From the NCBI GenBank assembly GCA_043736755.1, contig JAYTBY010000734.1:1-30978 (forward strand): a stretch of DNA of 30,978 nucleotides, in the 5' to 3' direction. The notes beneath the pieces were generated by a model. The model had not been told where the DNA came from and ran no database searches. It saw only the letters and a list, made by a program, of their open reading frames with translations. The position numbers were made by a program, and so were the translations under genes. Shown one piece after another: positions 1-8,510 of this stretch (within the stretch, counting starts at the first letter, position 1; the number at the start of each line of letters is the position of its first letter). The stretch comes from Planctomycetota bacterium. GTDB taxonomy: Bacteria > Planctomycetota > UBA1135 > GCA-002686595.

Positions 1-744
1 TCAGATCGCCAGCGCCGCGAGAGCCTCGTGGACACGATCGACATGGATGCCGGGTCCGCGCAGCTCCGTCGACTTCGACAGCTCGCCGTCGACGAGGAAC
101 AGCACGCGATCCGCGAACGTCGCATCGCGCGGGTTGTGCGTCACGAGCAGAACGGAACGCCCGTCCTCGTCGACGAGCTTCCGCAGGATCTGCATGACCT
201 CGAGCCCCGCCTTCTGCGACAAGTTGCCCGTCGGCTCGTCCGCCAGGATCAGCGGTTGACCGCCGGCGAGCGCTCGCGCGATCGACGCACGCTGCATCTC
301 CCCGCCCGACAACTGGTGCGGGAATGCATCGCGGCGATTCGTGATCCCAAGCTTCGTGAGCAGCGCGACGAGGCGCGCCTCATCGCGCTCGGGATGCGAT
401 CCCGCGATCGCGAGCGGCAAGCCCACGTTCTGCAGCACCGTCAAGTTCGGCAGCAAGTTGAAGAACTGGAAGACGTGGCCGAGCGCCGAACGACGCTCGA
501 GCGTGCGCGCTTCCTCGGTGAGTTTCGAGAGGTCTTTCCCACGCAGGACGATGCGACCCGCGGACGGTTGGTCGAGCCCGGAGAGCAGATGAAGCAGCGT
601 CGACTTGCCGGAACCGCTCGGCCCCATGATGCACGTGAACTCACGCTCGCGGACCTCGAACGACACGCCGCGCAGGATCGCGAGCTTGTCGGCGCCTTCG
701 CCCTGGAACCGATAAACGTCGTGCGCTTCGACGAGAGTTGTCAC
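1..744 (-). CDS. ABC transporter ATP-binding protein, LolD/MacB-like
   Basis: Walker A GPSGSGKS, signature LSGGE, Walker B ILADEPTGNL and H-loop VTHN. The stop codon lies at 1-3 and the start overlaps the mazG stop by 4 nt. Confidence 0.93.
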   Translation of the reverse strand: MTTLVEAHDVYRFQGEGADKLAILRGVSFEVREREFTCIMGPSGSGKSTLLHLLSGLDQPSAGRIVLRGKDLSKLTEEARTLERRSALGHVFQFFNLLPNLTVLQNVGLPLAIAGSHPERDEARLVALLTKLGITNRRDAFPHQLSGGEMQRASIARALAGGQPLILADEPTGNLSQKAGLEVMQILRKLVDEDGRSVLLVTHNPRDATFADRVLFLVDGELSKSTELRGPGIHVDRVHEALAALAI

Positions 745-1622
745 GTCGCGGCTTCTTTCTCAGCGACTTTCGCCGTCTGCCACGCCGCCATCATCCGCTC
801 GAGCGTCGCGACGTTCATGGGGACTTCGAGCGACGCTTCCATCGAACGAAAGCGTGATTCGAAGCGACGGACGGCGCTGCGCGCGGCGCGCTCGGGATCG
901 ATGTCGAGGTAGCGGCCGAGGAACGCGGCTGCGAGCAGGACGTCACCGAGTTCGTGCTCGATGCGCGCGCGCGCCGCAGCCGTCGCACCGGGCAATCCGT
1001 CGCTCGAGAGATCTGCACCGACGAGTGCCTCCTCGAGCTCGCGCACTTCCTCGTGCACCTTGGCCAGTGCACCCACGGGATTCGCCCAGCGAAAACCGGC
1101 TGAAACCGCCTTCCCGCCGACACGGTGCGCGCGCTGCAACGCCGGCAACGCGACGGGAACGCCGGCGATGGCACTGGCGTCTTCGTGCTTCTCCTCGCGC
1201 TCCGTCTTCTTGATCGCTTCCCAGTTCGTGAGCACTTGCTCGGCCGTCTCGGCGACGACCTCGCCGAACACGTGCGGGTGACGACGGATCAACTTGTCGG
1301 AGATCCCGTGCGCCGCGGCAGCGAGGTCGAAGGCGCCGTCCTGCTCGGCGATGCGGCACAACAGCGCGACGACCATGAGCACGTCGCCGCATTCCTCGGC
1401 GGTCTGAGCCAAGTTCCCACGCTCGATCGCCTCGACCGCTTCGTGCGCTTCCTCGACCAAGTGAGGCGCCATCGAAGCGAGCGTCTGCTTCCGGTCCCAC
1501 GGACATCCGTCGGGGGCGCGCAACCGATCGACGACGGCCAGCAAGCGCGCGAACGCCACCGCGCGCGGGTCGGCGGCGGCGGCAGCGGGGTCGACTGTGG
1601 GCGGCGCGACGCGGTCGCTCAT
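741..1622 (-). CDS. mazG: MazG nucleoside triphosphate pyrophosphohydrolase
   Basis: LRAPDGCPWDRKQT, EEAHE, EECGDVL, KLIRRHPHVFG and a second EELE/ELGD repeat. Start placed at ATG 1622 (MSDR), inside the longer track ORF. Confidence 0.93.
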   Translation of the reverse strand: MSDRVAPPTVDPAAAAADPRAVAFARLLAVVDRLRAPDGCPWDRKQTLASMAPHLVEEAHEAVEAIERGNLAQTAEECGDVLMVVALLCRIAEQDGAFDLAAAAHGISDKLIRRHPHVFGEVVAETAEQVLTNWEAIKKTEREEKHEDASAIAGVPVALPALQRAHRVGGKAVSAGFRWANPVGALAKVHEEVRELEEALVGADLSSDGLPGATAAARARIEHELGDVLLAAAFLGRYLDIDPERAARSAVRRFESRFRSMEASLEVPMNVATLERMMAAWQTAKVAEKEAAT

Positions 1623-1690
1623 GCGCCGCAGGGTACGCGGCCCGAGGAGAGCCCGCGAGCCCTGGAGATCGGGCAAGTTCCGTAGAAGCG

Positions 1691-2674
1691 TCAGCGCTTC
1701 TCGATCGACCGCCGCTCGACCGCGCAATCCACGATGCGGTTCACGAGCGTCGTGTAGTCGATCCCTGCCGCCGCGGCCGCAGTCGCGAACTCGCTCGTCC
1801 GCTCCAGATAGCAGCTCGCGTTGACCTCGATCACGAAGATCTCGTTATCCGGTGTCAGACGCAGGTCGACCCGGCCGTAGTCGCGAACACGCAACGCGCG
1901 GTATGCGTCGAGAGCTACGCGCTGGACCCGCGCGCGCATCTCGTCCGAAAGCTGCGCGAGCACCGATTTCGTCCCTTTGAACTCGACGCTGTCCTCGTCC
2001 CACTTGGCCGCGGATCCGAGGATGCGCGGAGCTCCCTCGGGCAGCCCTGAGAAGTCGATCTCGATCGGCGGGAACGCGGTGGGCCGCACGTTGCCGAGCA
2101 CGCCGACGTGCAGCTCGCGCCCTTCGATGAACTGCTCGACGAGCGCGTCGTCCTTGAACTTCTCCTGGACGAGCATGACGCGCTTCAAGAGGTCCTTCGG
2201 CCCTTCGACGAGCGAAGACGCGTCGATGCCGATCGACGCGTCCTGGCTCAAAGGTTTCACGAAGAGCGGCATGCGCAAGTTGCCGCTCGTGTCGAGGCTG
2301 GAATCCCGCGAGAACACCGCGAAATTCGGGAACGGAACGCCGTCGAAGGCGAGCAGCTTCTTCGTGATCGCCTTGTCCTGCGTGATGAAGAACTCGCCCG
2401 GTCCGCCGCCGGCGTAGGGCACTTCGAGCAGGTCGAGCAGACCGACGACGCACACCGCGCCCAGGCGAACCTTGCCGAAGTTCTCGAACAGGTTGAAGAC
2501 GAGTTCGGGCTTCGGTTTGCTCAATCCGTCGATCAAAGCGTGCAAATCGCGGTGCACGCCGAGCACCGTCGCCTCGTGCCCGCCCGCCGTCAGCGCACCG
2601 ACGACTTGGTCGACGACGACGTCGTACGAGCGCGGGTCTTTCTTCTCGAGATCGGTGAGAACGACGATGCGCAT
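1691..2674 (-). CDS. D-alanine--D-alanine ligase-like ATP-grasp enzyme
   Basis: LLDLLEVPYAG, DKAITKKLL, FVKP..ASIGI, VEQFIEGRE, GRVDLRL and IEVN match the Ddl ATP-grasp layout. Some specificity motifs are non-canonical. Confidence 0.85.
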   Translation of the reverse strand: MRIVVLTDLEKKDPRSYDVVVDQVVGALTAGGHEATVLGVHRDLHALIDGLSKPKPELVFNLFENFGKVRLGAVCVVGLLDLLEVPYAGGGPGEFFITQDKAITKKLLAFDGVPFPNFAVFSRDSSLDTSGNLRMPLFVKPLSQDASIGIDASSLVEGPKDLLKRVMLVQEKFKDDALVEQFIEGRELHVGVLGNVRPTAFPPIEIDFSGLPEGAPRILGSAAKWDEDSVEFKGTKSVLAQLSDEMRARVQRVALDAYRALRVRDYGRVDLRLTPDNEIFVIEVNASCYLERTSEFATAAAAAGIDYTTLVNRIVDCAVERRSIEKR

Positions 2675-2722
2675 CGCCCGACTCTAGGCGAAGGCCGGCG
2701 CTTCGGGCAACGACTTGGAACG

Positions 2723-4036
2723 TCAGCGAGGCGCCTGGAGCGCGACCTTGACCGGCCCCGCGCCGCGCCAGTCGGCCTTCGCGAGCGCGATCTCGACGGC
2801 GTCGGCGAAGCTCGCGGAGATCACGCCGGAGCGCACGGACTTCGTGTTCCACACGATCTCGATGGGTGCCCCGATGTCGAGCAACTCCGACGCGAGCGCG
2901 AGCTCGAGCGACGCGATTCCGCGCGACTCGATCGTCACGGTCTGACCTTCGATCCGCGCGTCGAGGTGCGCGACAGGCGGGCTCGCGTCCAGGCCGTCGC
3001 CCTCTTTCGCGAGCTTCGTCACACGGACCCAGTAGGCGTGCGGCGCCTGCGTCGTGAGCAGCGCACGTCGCACCCGCTTCGGCCACGGATCGCGCGGGGT
3101 CTTCGCCAACGCTGTCAGCGCCTTCGACATCTTCCCGAAGACGGTGCCGTTGTGCTCGCCGTCCGCGATCTCGACGTAGGTCACGGGAAACCCGAGGTCC
3201 TTCAAGAGCTGCGTCGTCTTGCGCGGGCCCTCGACGTTGCACTTCGAGTCTTTGTCGCCGTGCACGACGTAGACGGGCAGGTTCGCGTAGCAATCGAGGT
3301 AGCGGTCGGCGTGCCACGACACGGACGCGATCGGCGCGATCCCGGCGAAGCGGTCGGGTCGTGCGCGGCCGAGGTACCAGGACCAGTATCCCGTCTGCGA
3401 GATCCCCCCAGCGTAGATGCGATCGGGATCGACCGCGAAGCGTGACAACACGTCGCGGAACAAGTCGTCGAAGACGGCCGCGACCTCGTCCTCGGGACGC
3501 TCTTCCCTCAGTCCGCCGGTGCCGAGCTGCTCGATGATCTCGGTGCGCACGACGAGCGCCCCCTCGAGACCGGCGTCATCGGCCGACGAGCGGAAATACC
3601 CTGTGAAACTGGCCTTTCCCGCGAGAGTTTTGCCTGCGCCGCTGCCATGACCGGGATCGAGGACGAGCGGCGCCGGCTTCGACGGGTCGTAGCCCTTCGG
3701 AACCGAGACGAGGTAACCGAAGACGTCCCCGCCGCTCGCGAACGTGAAGCCGACGGTGACGTCGGCGAAGCGCTCGAACTTCTCCTTCGTCTTGCCGACC
3801 GTGCGCGGTTTCGGATCTCCGCTCGGAAGCTTCGGGCCCGCGCGCAAGGCCTCCATCAAGCTCGCGAGCGAGTACTTGGCATCGAGGGACTTCGCCTGTG
3901 CGACGAGCTTCGCGGACTTCGAATCGTCGGCCAGCGCTTCGGCGAACGCAGTCCGAAACTTGGCAGCGTCCGCTGCGGGAAGTGCGGGCTTCTGGGCGGC
4001 GAGAAAACCGACGAGTACGAGCGCAAGAGTCGTCAT
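2723..4036 (-). CDS. Exported alpha/beta-hydrolase (esterase/peptidase-like)
   Basis: Hydrophobic N-terminus MTTLALVLVGFLAA, YDPSKPAPLVL, DPDRIYAGGISQTG nucleophile elbow, VHGDKD and GEH catalytic Asp/His positions. Start set at ATG 4036. Confidence 0.75.
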   Translation of the reverse strand: MTTLALVLVGFLAAQKPALPAADAAKFRTAFAEALADDSKSAKLVAQAKSLDAKYSLASLMEALRAGPKLPSGDPKPRTVGKTKEKFERFADVTVGFTFASGGDVFGYLVSVPKGYDPSKPAPLVLDPGHGSGAGKTLAGKASFTGYFRSSADDAGLEGALVVRTEIIEQLGTGGLREERPEDEVAAVFDDLFRDVLSRFAVDPDRIYAGGISQTGYWSWYLGRARPDRFAGIAPIASVSWHADRYLDCYANLPVYVVHGDKDSKCNVEGPRKTTQLLKDLGFPVTYVEIADGEHNGTVFGKMSKALTALAKTPRDPWPKRVRRALLTTQAPHAYWVRVTKLAKEGDGLDASPPVAHLDARIEGQTVTIESRGIASLELALASELLDIGAPIEIVWNTKSVRSGVISASFADAVEIALAKADWRGAGPVKVALQAPR

Positions 4037-4043
4037 GGGAACC

Positions 4044-5216
4044 TCAGGGTTTGCACCACGCGAGGACGCGCTCGGCCTGTGCGCGGTTCTTCGGAGAGAG
4101 ATGGCGGAGCTTCTCCGGACCGACCGCACCCACGCCAGCGTCTTTCAGGATCGCGGCCAGATCGACGCCGGCCTTTGCGAACGCCTCGGTGCGCACGTCC
4201 TCGGTGATGGCCAGCAAATCGTCGACCTGGGAGTCCTCGGGCGAGTCGTAGCTCTGCCAGATTTCAGCGTACTCGCGCGCCCAGCGCGTCGCGTTGTCGC
4301 GCAGGACATCCGCGACCGGCCTGTCGCGCCACTGGGCGAACCACGTACCGCCCGTCGTCTCGCCGCGCCACAGGTTCTTCCACGCGTACGTGTGGAGGTA
4401 GAGCACCGCGCGCTCCTTCACCGAGGTCGTCTGGTCCTCGAAACCGAGCGCGAGGACCTCAAGCGCGAGCGGATGTCCGCCGTCGAAGACGAAGGGCTTC
4501 ATGGCCTGCTCGCGGTGCTCGGCCGACAGCTGGACCCAGATCAGCGTGAGCATCTCGACGCCTTGCGTGCCCGGAAGCTCGGCCAGTTTCCCCGCGACTT
4601 TCAGTCCGTGCCGCCAGGACGTGTCCTGCTCGTGGAAGTACTGCTTCCAAGTTCCCGCGGCGGACACGAGGTCCATCCCCTGCCCGTCCCAGTTCATGTA
4701 GCCGCCGGAGCCGATCAAGAAGGTCTTCACGTTCGTCATCGGCTTGCGATCGATCACCGCCTGCCCCGCTCCACGCCCAGTGAACGGGTAGACCGCGGGG
4801 CCTGGAACCGCTGCGGCCGCGAGCCGAGCCTCGAGCCGCGCCATCAAGGCCGCGGTCGCCTGCTTCTCCGCGTCCAACGCAGCGCGCGCTTGAGCCTGCG
4901 CTTCGCGGTTCGACCACAGGAGCGCCCCAACGGCGACGAGGAGCATCACGGTCAACACGACTTGAATGCGTTGCAGCACGATTCTCTCCCCCATCTGTGT
5001 CCGCGCGCACTCGCGCCGGATCTGGCCCAGGTCACCGAAACGACGCAGCGCTTCGGCGCGCGCCTCGTCCGTCGAAAGTCCGCTGCCCGCGAGCTCCCGC
5101 GCCGATTCCTCGACGTGGTACGCGAGCTCGGCGTCGATGTCGGCGCGGATCTCCGCCACCGGTCGCGCGTCCGGCGCGCACGCGAAAATCCCGATTCGCT
5201 CGAGGAACGTGCTCAC
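4044..5216 (-). CDS. Permease-prefix-domain membrane protein with helical C-terminal domain
   Basis: DIDAELAYHVEE..ARAEALRRFGD prefix typical of genes following acidobacterial-type PadR, then one TM helix (IQVVLTVMLLVAVGALLW). The GTG start is 1 nt after the padR stop. Confidence 0.75.
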   Translation of the reverse strand: MSTFLERIGIFACAPDARPVAEIRADIDAELAYHVEESARELAGSGLSTDEARAEALRRFGDLGQIRRECARTQMGERIVLQRIQVVLTVMLLVAVGALLWSNREAQAQARAALDAEKQATAALMARLEARLAAAAVPGPAVYPFTGRGAGQAVIDRKPMTNVKTFLIGSGGYMNWDGQGMDLVSAAGTWKQYFHEQDTSWRHGLKVAGKLAELPGTQGVEMLTLIWVQLSAEHREQAMKPFVFDGGHPLALEVLALGFEDQTTSVKERAVLYLHTYAWKNLWRGETTGGTWFAQWRDRPVADVLRDNATRWAREYAEIWQSYDSPEDSQVDDLLAITEDVRTEAFAKAGVDLAAILKDAGVGAVGPEKLRHLSPKNRAQAERVLAWCKP

Positions 5217-5217
5217 G

Positions 5218-5565
5218 TCAGGCTCCCTTCGTGTGCGGAGCTCCGAGCACGCGGCCGACGGCGTCACTGACGCGACGCCACGCGGATTCCTGCTCGCGCA
5301 ACGCGCTGCGACCCAGCGGGGTGAGTCGGTAGTACTTCGCGCGACGATTCGACTCGCTGACGCCCCACTCGGACGCGAGCCACGCGCGTCGCTCCATGCG
5401 GTGCAGCGCGGGATAGAGCGTGCCCTCCTCGATGCGCAGGTCCTCCTCGCCGCGATCCTGGATCGCGCGCACGATCGCGTAACCGTGCATCGCTCCGCGC
5501 GTCAGCACCTTGAGGGCCAAGAGCTCGAGCGCTCCCGGCGGCAGTTCGACGTTTCCGGCAGTCAT
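5218..5565 (-). CDS. PadR family transcriptional regulator (acidobacterial type)
   Basis: HGYAI, IEEGTLYPALHRME, WLASEWGVSESNRRAKYYRLT. Confidence 0.93.
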   Translation of the reverse strand: MTAGNVELPPGALELLALKVLTRGAMHGYAIVRAIQDRGEEDLRIEEGTLYPALHRMERRAWLASEWGVSESNRRAKYYRLTPLGRSALREQESAWRRVSDAVGRVLGAPHTKGA

Positions 5566-5570
5566 GGCGT

Positions 5571-5621
5571 TCCCCTCGTGAATCTAGGGGTAACGCACAC
5601 TCCCCTAGACCGTCAAGGGGA
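5571..5621. promoter_or_regulatory. Two 21-bp palindromic operator-like sites upstream of padR
   Basis: TCCCCTCGTGAATCTAGGGGT (5571-5591) and TCCCCTAGACCGTCAAGGGGA (5601-5621), 30 bp apart. The first covers the padR RBS and the second contains a minus-strand TTGACG (-35-like). Confidence 0.7.
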
Positions 5622-5749
5622 GTCGTCACAATTCGCCCCGCGCAGCGCAAGACGCCTCTCCGCGCCCGTGAAGCCGTCGCGGGCCCGCGCGCCGCAGAGC
5701 TGCGCACTGGGATTCGGACAGGCCTCTGGGCCGGTCCCGTCGCGACCGC

Positions 5750-5932
5750 TCAACCCGACGAGATGCGCTTGCGCAAGTCCTCGACGAGCGAGGACGCGAC
5801 GCCTTGCGGGACGCCCTTCTCGTTCGCCATGAGGAGGATCGCCTGGTTCAGCTTGTCGCGTTTGATCAGGACGATCAGCTTCGCTTCGAGCTCCTTCGGC
5901 GTCAGAGTCGGCTTGGGGTCGCGTGCGGTCAT
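5750..5932 (-). CDS. Possible separately translated 60-aa protein, ribosomal L7/L12 C-terminal-like pattern
   Basis: The ATG is preceded by GGAG at 6-nt spacing, in frame with que[33 protein letters not shown] resembles the KIxAIK..GL.EAK..VE pattern. Confidence 0.4.
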   Translation of the reverse strand: MTARDPKPTLTPKELEAKLIVLIKRDKLNQAILLMANEKGVPQGVASSLVEDLRKRISSG

Positions 5933-6664
5933 GGTTTTCTCCGTGAGTTCCGAACGCGGCGCGCGCTCGTCGGCATAGGGAATGGGATCGTGAACGCCGG
6001 CTTCCGCGAAGCCGCGCAAACGCAACTGGCACGCGTCGCAATGCCCGCAAGCGAAGACCACGTCGGCGCGCGCAATCGGGTCGTAGCACGTGTGCGTCAA
6101 ACCGAAATCGACGCCGAGTTCGATCCCGCGTCGCACGATCCCGGCCTTCGAGAGCGCCGCGAGCGGTGCGTGCACCGTGAACCGTTCGCCACGCTCGGCA
6201 CCGGCTGCGGTCGCGACGCGCGCCAAGTCCTCGAACGCGCGCAGGAACTCCGGCCGACAATCGGGATAGCCCGAGTAGTCGACGGCGTTGACGCCGAGGA
6301 AGAGGTCGCGCGCTCCGACGACTTCGGCGAAGCCGAGCGCGATCGAGAGGAACACCGTGTTGCGCGCCGGAACGTAGGTCGATGGCACGCCGATGCCGAT
6401 CGCCGCGTGCGGGCGATCTTTGGGCACGTCGACGTCGTCGGTCAGCGACGATCCGCCGATCGCGCGCAGGTCGAGCGCGACGACGCGGTGGTCGATCGCT
6501 CCGCCGAGATCGGCGACGCGGCGCGCGGCCACGAGTTCGAGGCCGTGACGCTGACCGTAGTCGAAGGACAACGCGTGGCAGGTGAAACCCAGCGCCCGCG
6601 CCTCGGCCAACGCGACGGCGGAATCCATGCCACCCGAGACGAGGACGATCGCGCGGCGAGCCAC
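5750..6664 (-). CDS. queC: 7-cyano-7-deazaguanine synthase QueC with in-frame C-terminal extension
   Basis: [38 protein letters not shown] and CGHCDAC Zn motif. GTG start at 6664. There is no stop after DPIPYA (about 5972). Confidence 0.93.
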   Translation of the reverse strand: MARRAIVLVSGGMDSAVALAEARALGFTCHALSFDYGQRHGLELVAARRVADLGGAIDHRVVALDLRAIGGSSLTDDVDVPKDRPHAAIGIGVPSTYVPARNTVFLSIALGFAEVVGARDLFLGVNAVDYSGYPDCRPEFLRAFEDLARVATAAGAERGERFTVHAPLAALSKAGIVRRGIELGVDFGLTHTCYDPIARADVVFACGHCDACQLRLRGFAEAGVHDPIPYADERAPRSELTEKTMTARDPKPTLTPKELEAKLIVLIKRDKLNQAILLMANEKGVPQGVASSLVEDLRKRISSG

Positions 6665-6674
6665 GCGATGCAGG

Positions 6675-7007
6675 TTAGCGCGTAGAGGCCGCGTCCGTGA
6701 CGCCGACTTCGAGTCGCGGCGACCGCTCGAGCCGAGGGCGCACGCGTTCTGACGCGGGGCCGATGAAGCAAACGCGATCGGACTGCACGAAAATGACCGG
6801 CGCAGCGCCCGGTTGCCCCGGTCGGCGCTCACAACGCGAGAAGAGTCGGAACTCGTCCGCGCGCAGAGGCTCGGGCGAGGACCAGGCCACGATCGGCCTG
6901 TCCGGGATTGGCGGGCACGGGCCCGTCGCGCACGGTGTACCCGGGTCAGCGAGGCGCGCCGCGGCGATGCCGAGGACGAAAAGCAGGACTTGGACGAGCT
7001 CGAACAT
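6675..7007 (-). CDS. Small hypothetical protein with signal/TM N-terminus
   Basis: GAGGG RBS 6 nt upstream of the ATG, N-terminus [17 protein letters not shown] and four Cys. It fills the gap between queC and mrp. Confidence 0.4.
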   Translation of the reverse strand: MFELVQVLLFVLGIAAARLADPGTPCATGPCPPIPDRPIVAWSSPEPLRADEFRLFSRCERRPGQPGAAPVIFVQSDRVCFIGPASERVRPRLERSPRLEVGVTDAASTR

Positions 7008-7143
7008 GGGATTCCCTCTCGATGGGTCCCGATGGACGCGGAGGCGGAACTCCTCTTCCCGGGAGTTCCCCCGGACGCGCGGCGATTCCGACGCATCCGT
7101 GTCTCGACGCACAGACCGCAACGAGCCGACGACTTCGGTCGCC

Positions 7144-7152
7144 TGCTAGAAT
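7144..7152 (+). promoter_or_regulatory. Extended -10 element (TGnTAGAAT) upstream of mrp
   Basis: TGCTAGAAT ends 28 nt before the GTG start, and there is a GGAG RBS at 7172-7175. Confidence 0.45.
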
Positions 7153-7180
7153 CCTCGGCTCGAAACACCCTGGAGATACC

Positions 7181-8332
7181 GTGTCCGACGTCACGAAAGA
7201 ACAGATCCTCGAAGCCCTGCGGCATGTCATCGACCCGGACCTCGGGCGCGACATCGTCAGCCTCGGCTTCGTCACGACGGCCAGCGCCTGCGACGGCGCG
7301 GTGAAGGCCGTCATCAACCTCACGACGCCCGCTTGCCCCGTGAAGGACCAGCTCAAGGCGCAGGCCGAGACGCTGCTGCGCGCCATCCCTGGCGTGAAGG
7401 CCGTGAACGTCGAGATGACGGCGGTGTCTAAAGCTCCGAGCGGCCCCGAGCGCAAAATCGCGCCCGATATCCGTCACATCGTCGCGGTGTCGTCGGGCAA
7501 GGGCGGCGTCGGCAAGAGCACGGTCGCGGTGAACCTCGCGTGCGCGTTGGCGCGGACTGGCGCAACGGTCGGCCTCGTCGATTGCGACGTCTATGGCCCC
7601 GACGTGCCGATGATGATGGGCCTCTCGGGCGAGCCCGAAGCCAGCGGCGGCAAGCTCATCCCCAAAGTTCGACACGGCGTGCGCACGATGTCGATCGGGT
7701 ACCTGCTCGAAGAAGACAAGCCCGTGATCTGGCGCGGACCGATGGTCCACAAGCTGATCGAGCAGTTCTTGGGCGACGTGCAGTGGGGCGCGCTCGACTA
7801 CTTGCTGGTCGACATGCCGCCGGGCACCGGTGATGCGCAACTGTCACTCGCGCAGATCGTGCCGCTGACCGGCGCCGTGCTCGTGACGACGCCGCAAGCC
7901 GTATCCACGTTCGACGTGAACAAGGCCGTCGCCATGTTCAAGCAAGTCAACGTGCCCGTGCTCGGCATCGTCGAGAACATGGCCGGATACGTGATCGAGG
8001 GCCTCGTCGAGGGCGCGAAGTCGGGCACCAAGATCCGCCTCAACGTCGGGGCAGAGGACGTCGTCGTGAACGTCGACATCGAAGGCCGTTTCTCGACCGT
8101 CGTCGACATCTTCGGCAGCGGCGGCGCGCAGAAACTCTCGACGAAACACGGCTTCCCGATCCTCGGCTCGATCCCGCTCGATCCGCGCGTGCGCGTCGGC
8201 GGTGATGCCGGCGATCCAATCACGATCGCGGATCCGAAGTCGCTCATCGCACAGCGGTTCGCGGAGATCGCGGGACGGGTGGCGCAGCGCGTCGCGATCC
8301 AAGCGCACCGGGCGTTGCCGATCCTGCAGTAA
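7181..8332 (+). CDS. mrp: Mrp/ApbC (NBP35 family) Fe-S cluster carrier ATPase with N-terminal FeS-assembly (DUF59-like) domain
   Basis: [64 protein letters not shown]. Confidence 0.93.
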   Translation: MSDVTKEQILEALRHVIDPDLGRDIVSLGFVTTASACDGAVKAVINLTTPACPVKDQLKAQAETLLRAIPGVKAVNVEMTAVSKAPSGPERKIAPDIRHIVAVSSGKGGVGKSTVAVNLACALARTGATVGLVDCDVYGPDVPMMMGLSGEPEASGGKLIPKVRHGVRTMSIGYLLEEDKPVIWRGPMVHKLIEQFLGDVQWGALDYLLVDMPPGTGDAQLSLAQIVPLTGAVLVTTPQAVSTFDVNKAVAMFKQVNVPVLGIVENMAGYVIEGLVEGAKSGTKIRLNVGAEDVVVNVDIEGRFSTVVDIFGSGGAQKLSTKHGFPILGSIPLDPRVRVGGDAGDPITIADPKSLIAQRFAEIAGRVAQRVAIQAHRALPILQ

Positions 8333-8450
8333 GCGTTCGAGTTCATCGTCACGCGAGCCCGTCGTCGCGCGAACAGAGTGCGAGGCGGATCGAGCACCGA
8401 GCTCGCGGCAACCAACTGCGGCCGAGCTAGATAGGCTGTGGCCGGGGAAC

Positions 8451-8510
8451 GCGCGGGTGTGGCGCGCGGGTGTGGCGCGCGGGTGTGGCGCGCGGGTGTG
8501 GAGCGCGGGT
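8451..8510 (+). repeat. 13-bp tandem repeat (GCGCGGGTGTGGC) x4.6
   Basis: Units start at 8451, 8464, 8477, 8490 (ends GA) and a partial unit at 8503. It lies between the convergent mrp and HEPN genes. Confidence 0.95.

Noticed and set aside
5750-6664. QueC as part of an anti-phage system (QatABCD or CBASS-associated QueC-like)
   Set aside because: It has all canonical housekeeping QueC motifs, and no TatD, ATPase or cyclase neighbours are present.
6665-7840. Upstream 392 codons of the 696-aa ORF containing queC
   Set aside because: It overlaps mrp antisense and has low-complexity composition. queC has its own GTG start with a TAACCT box.
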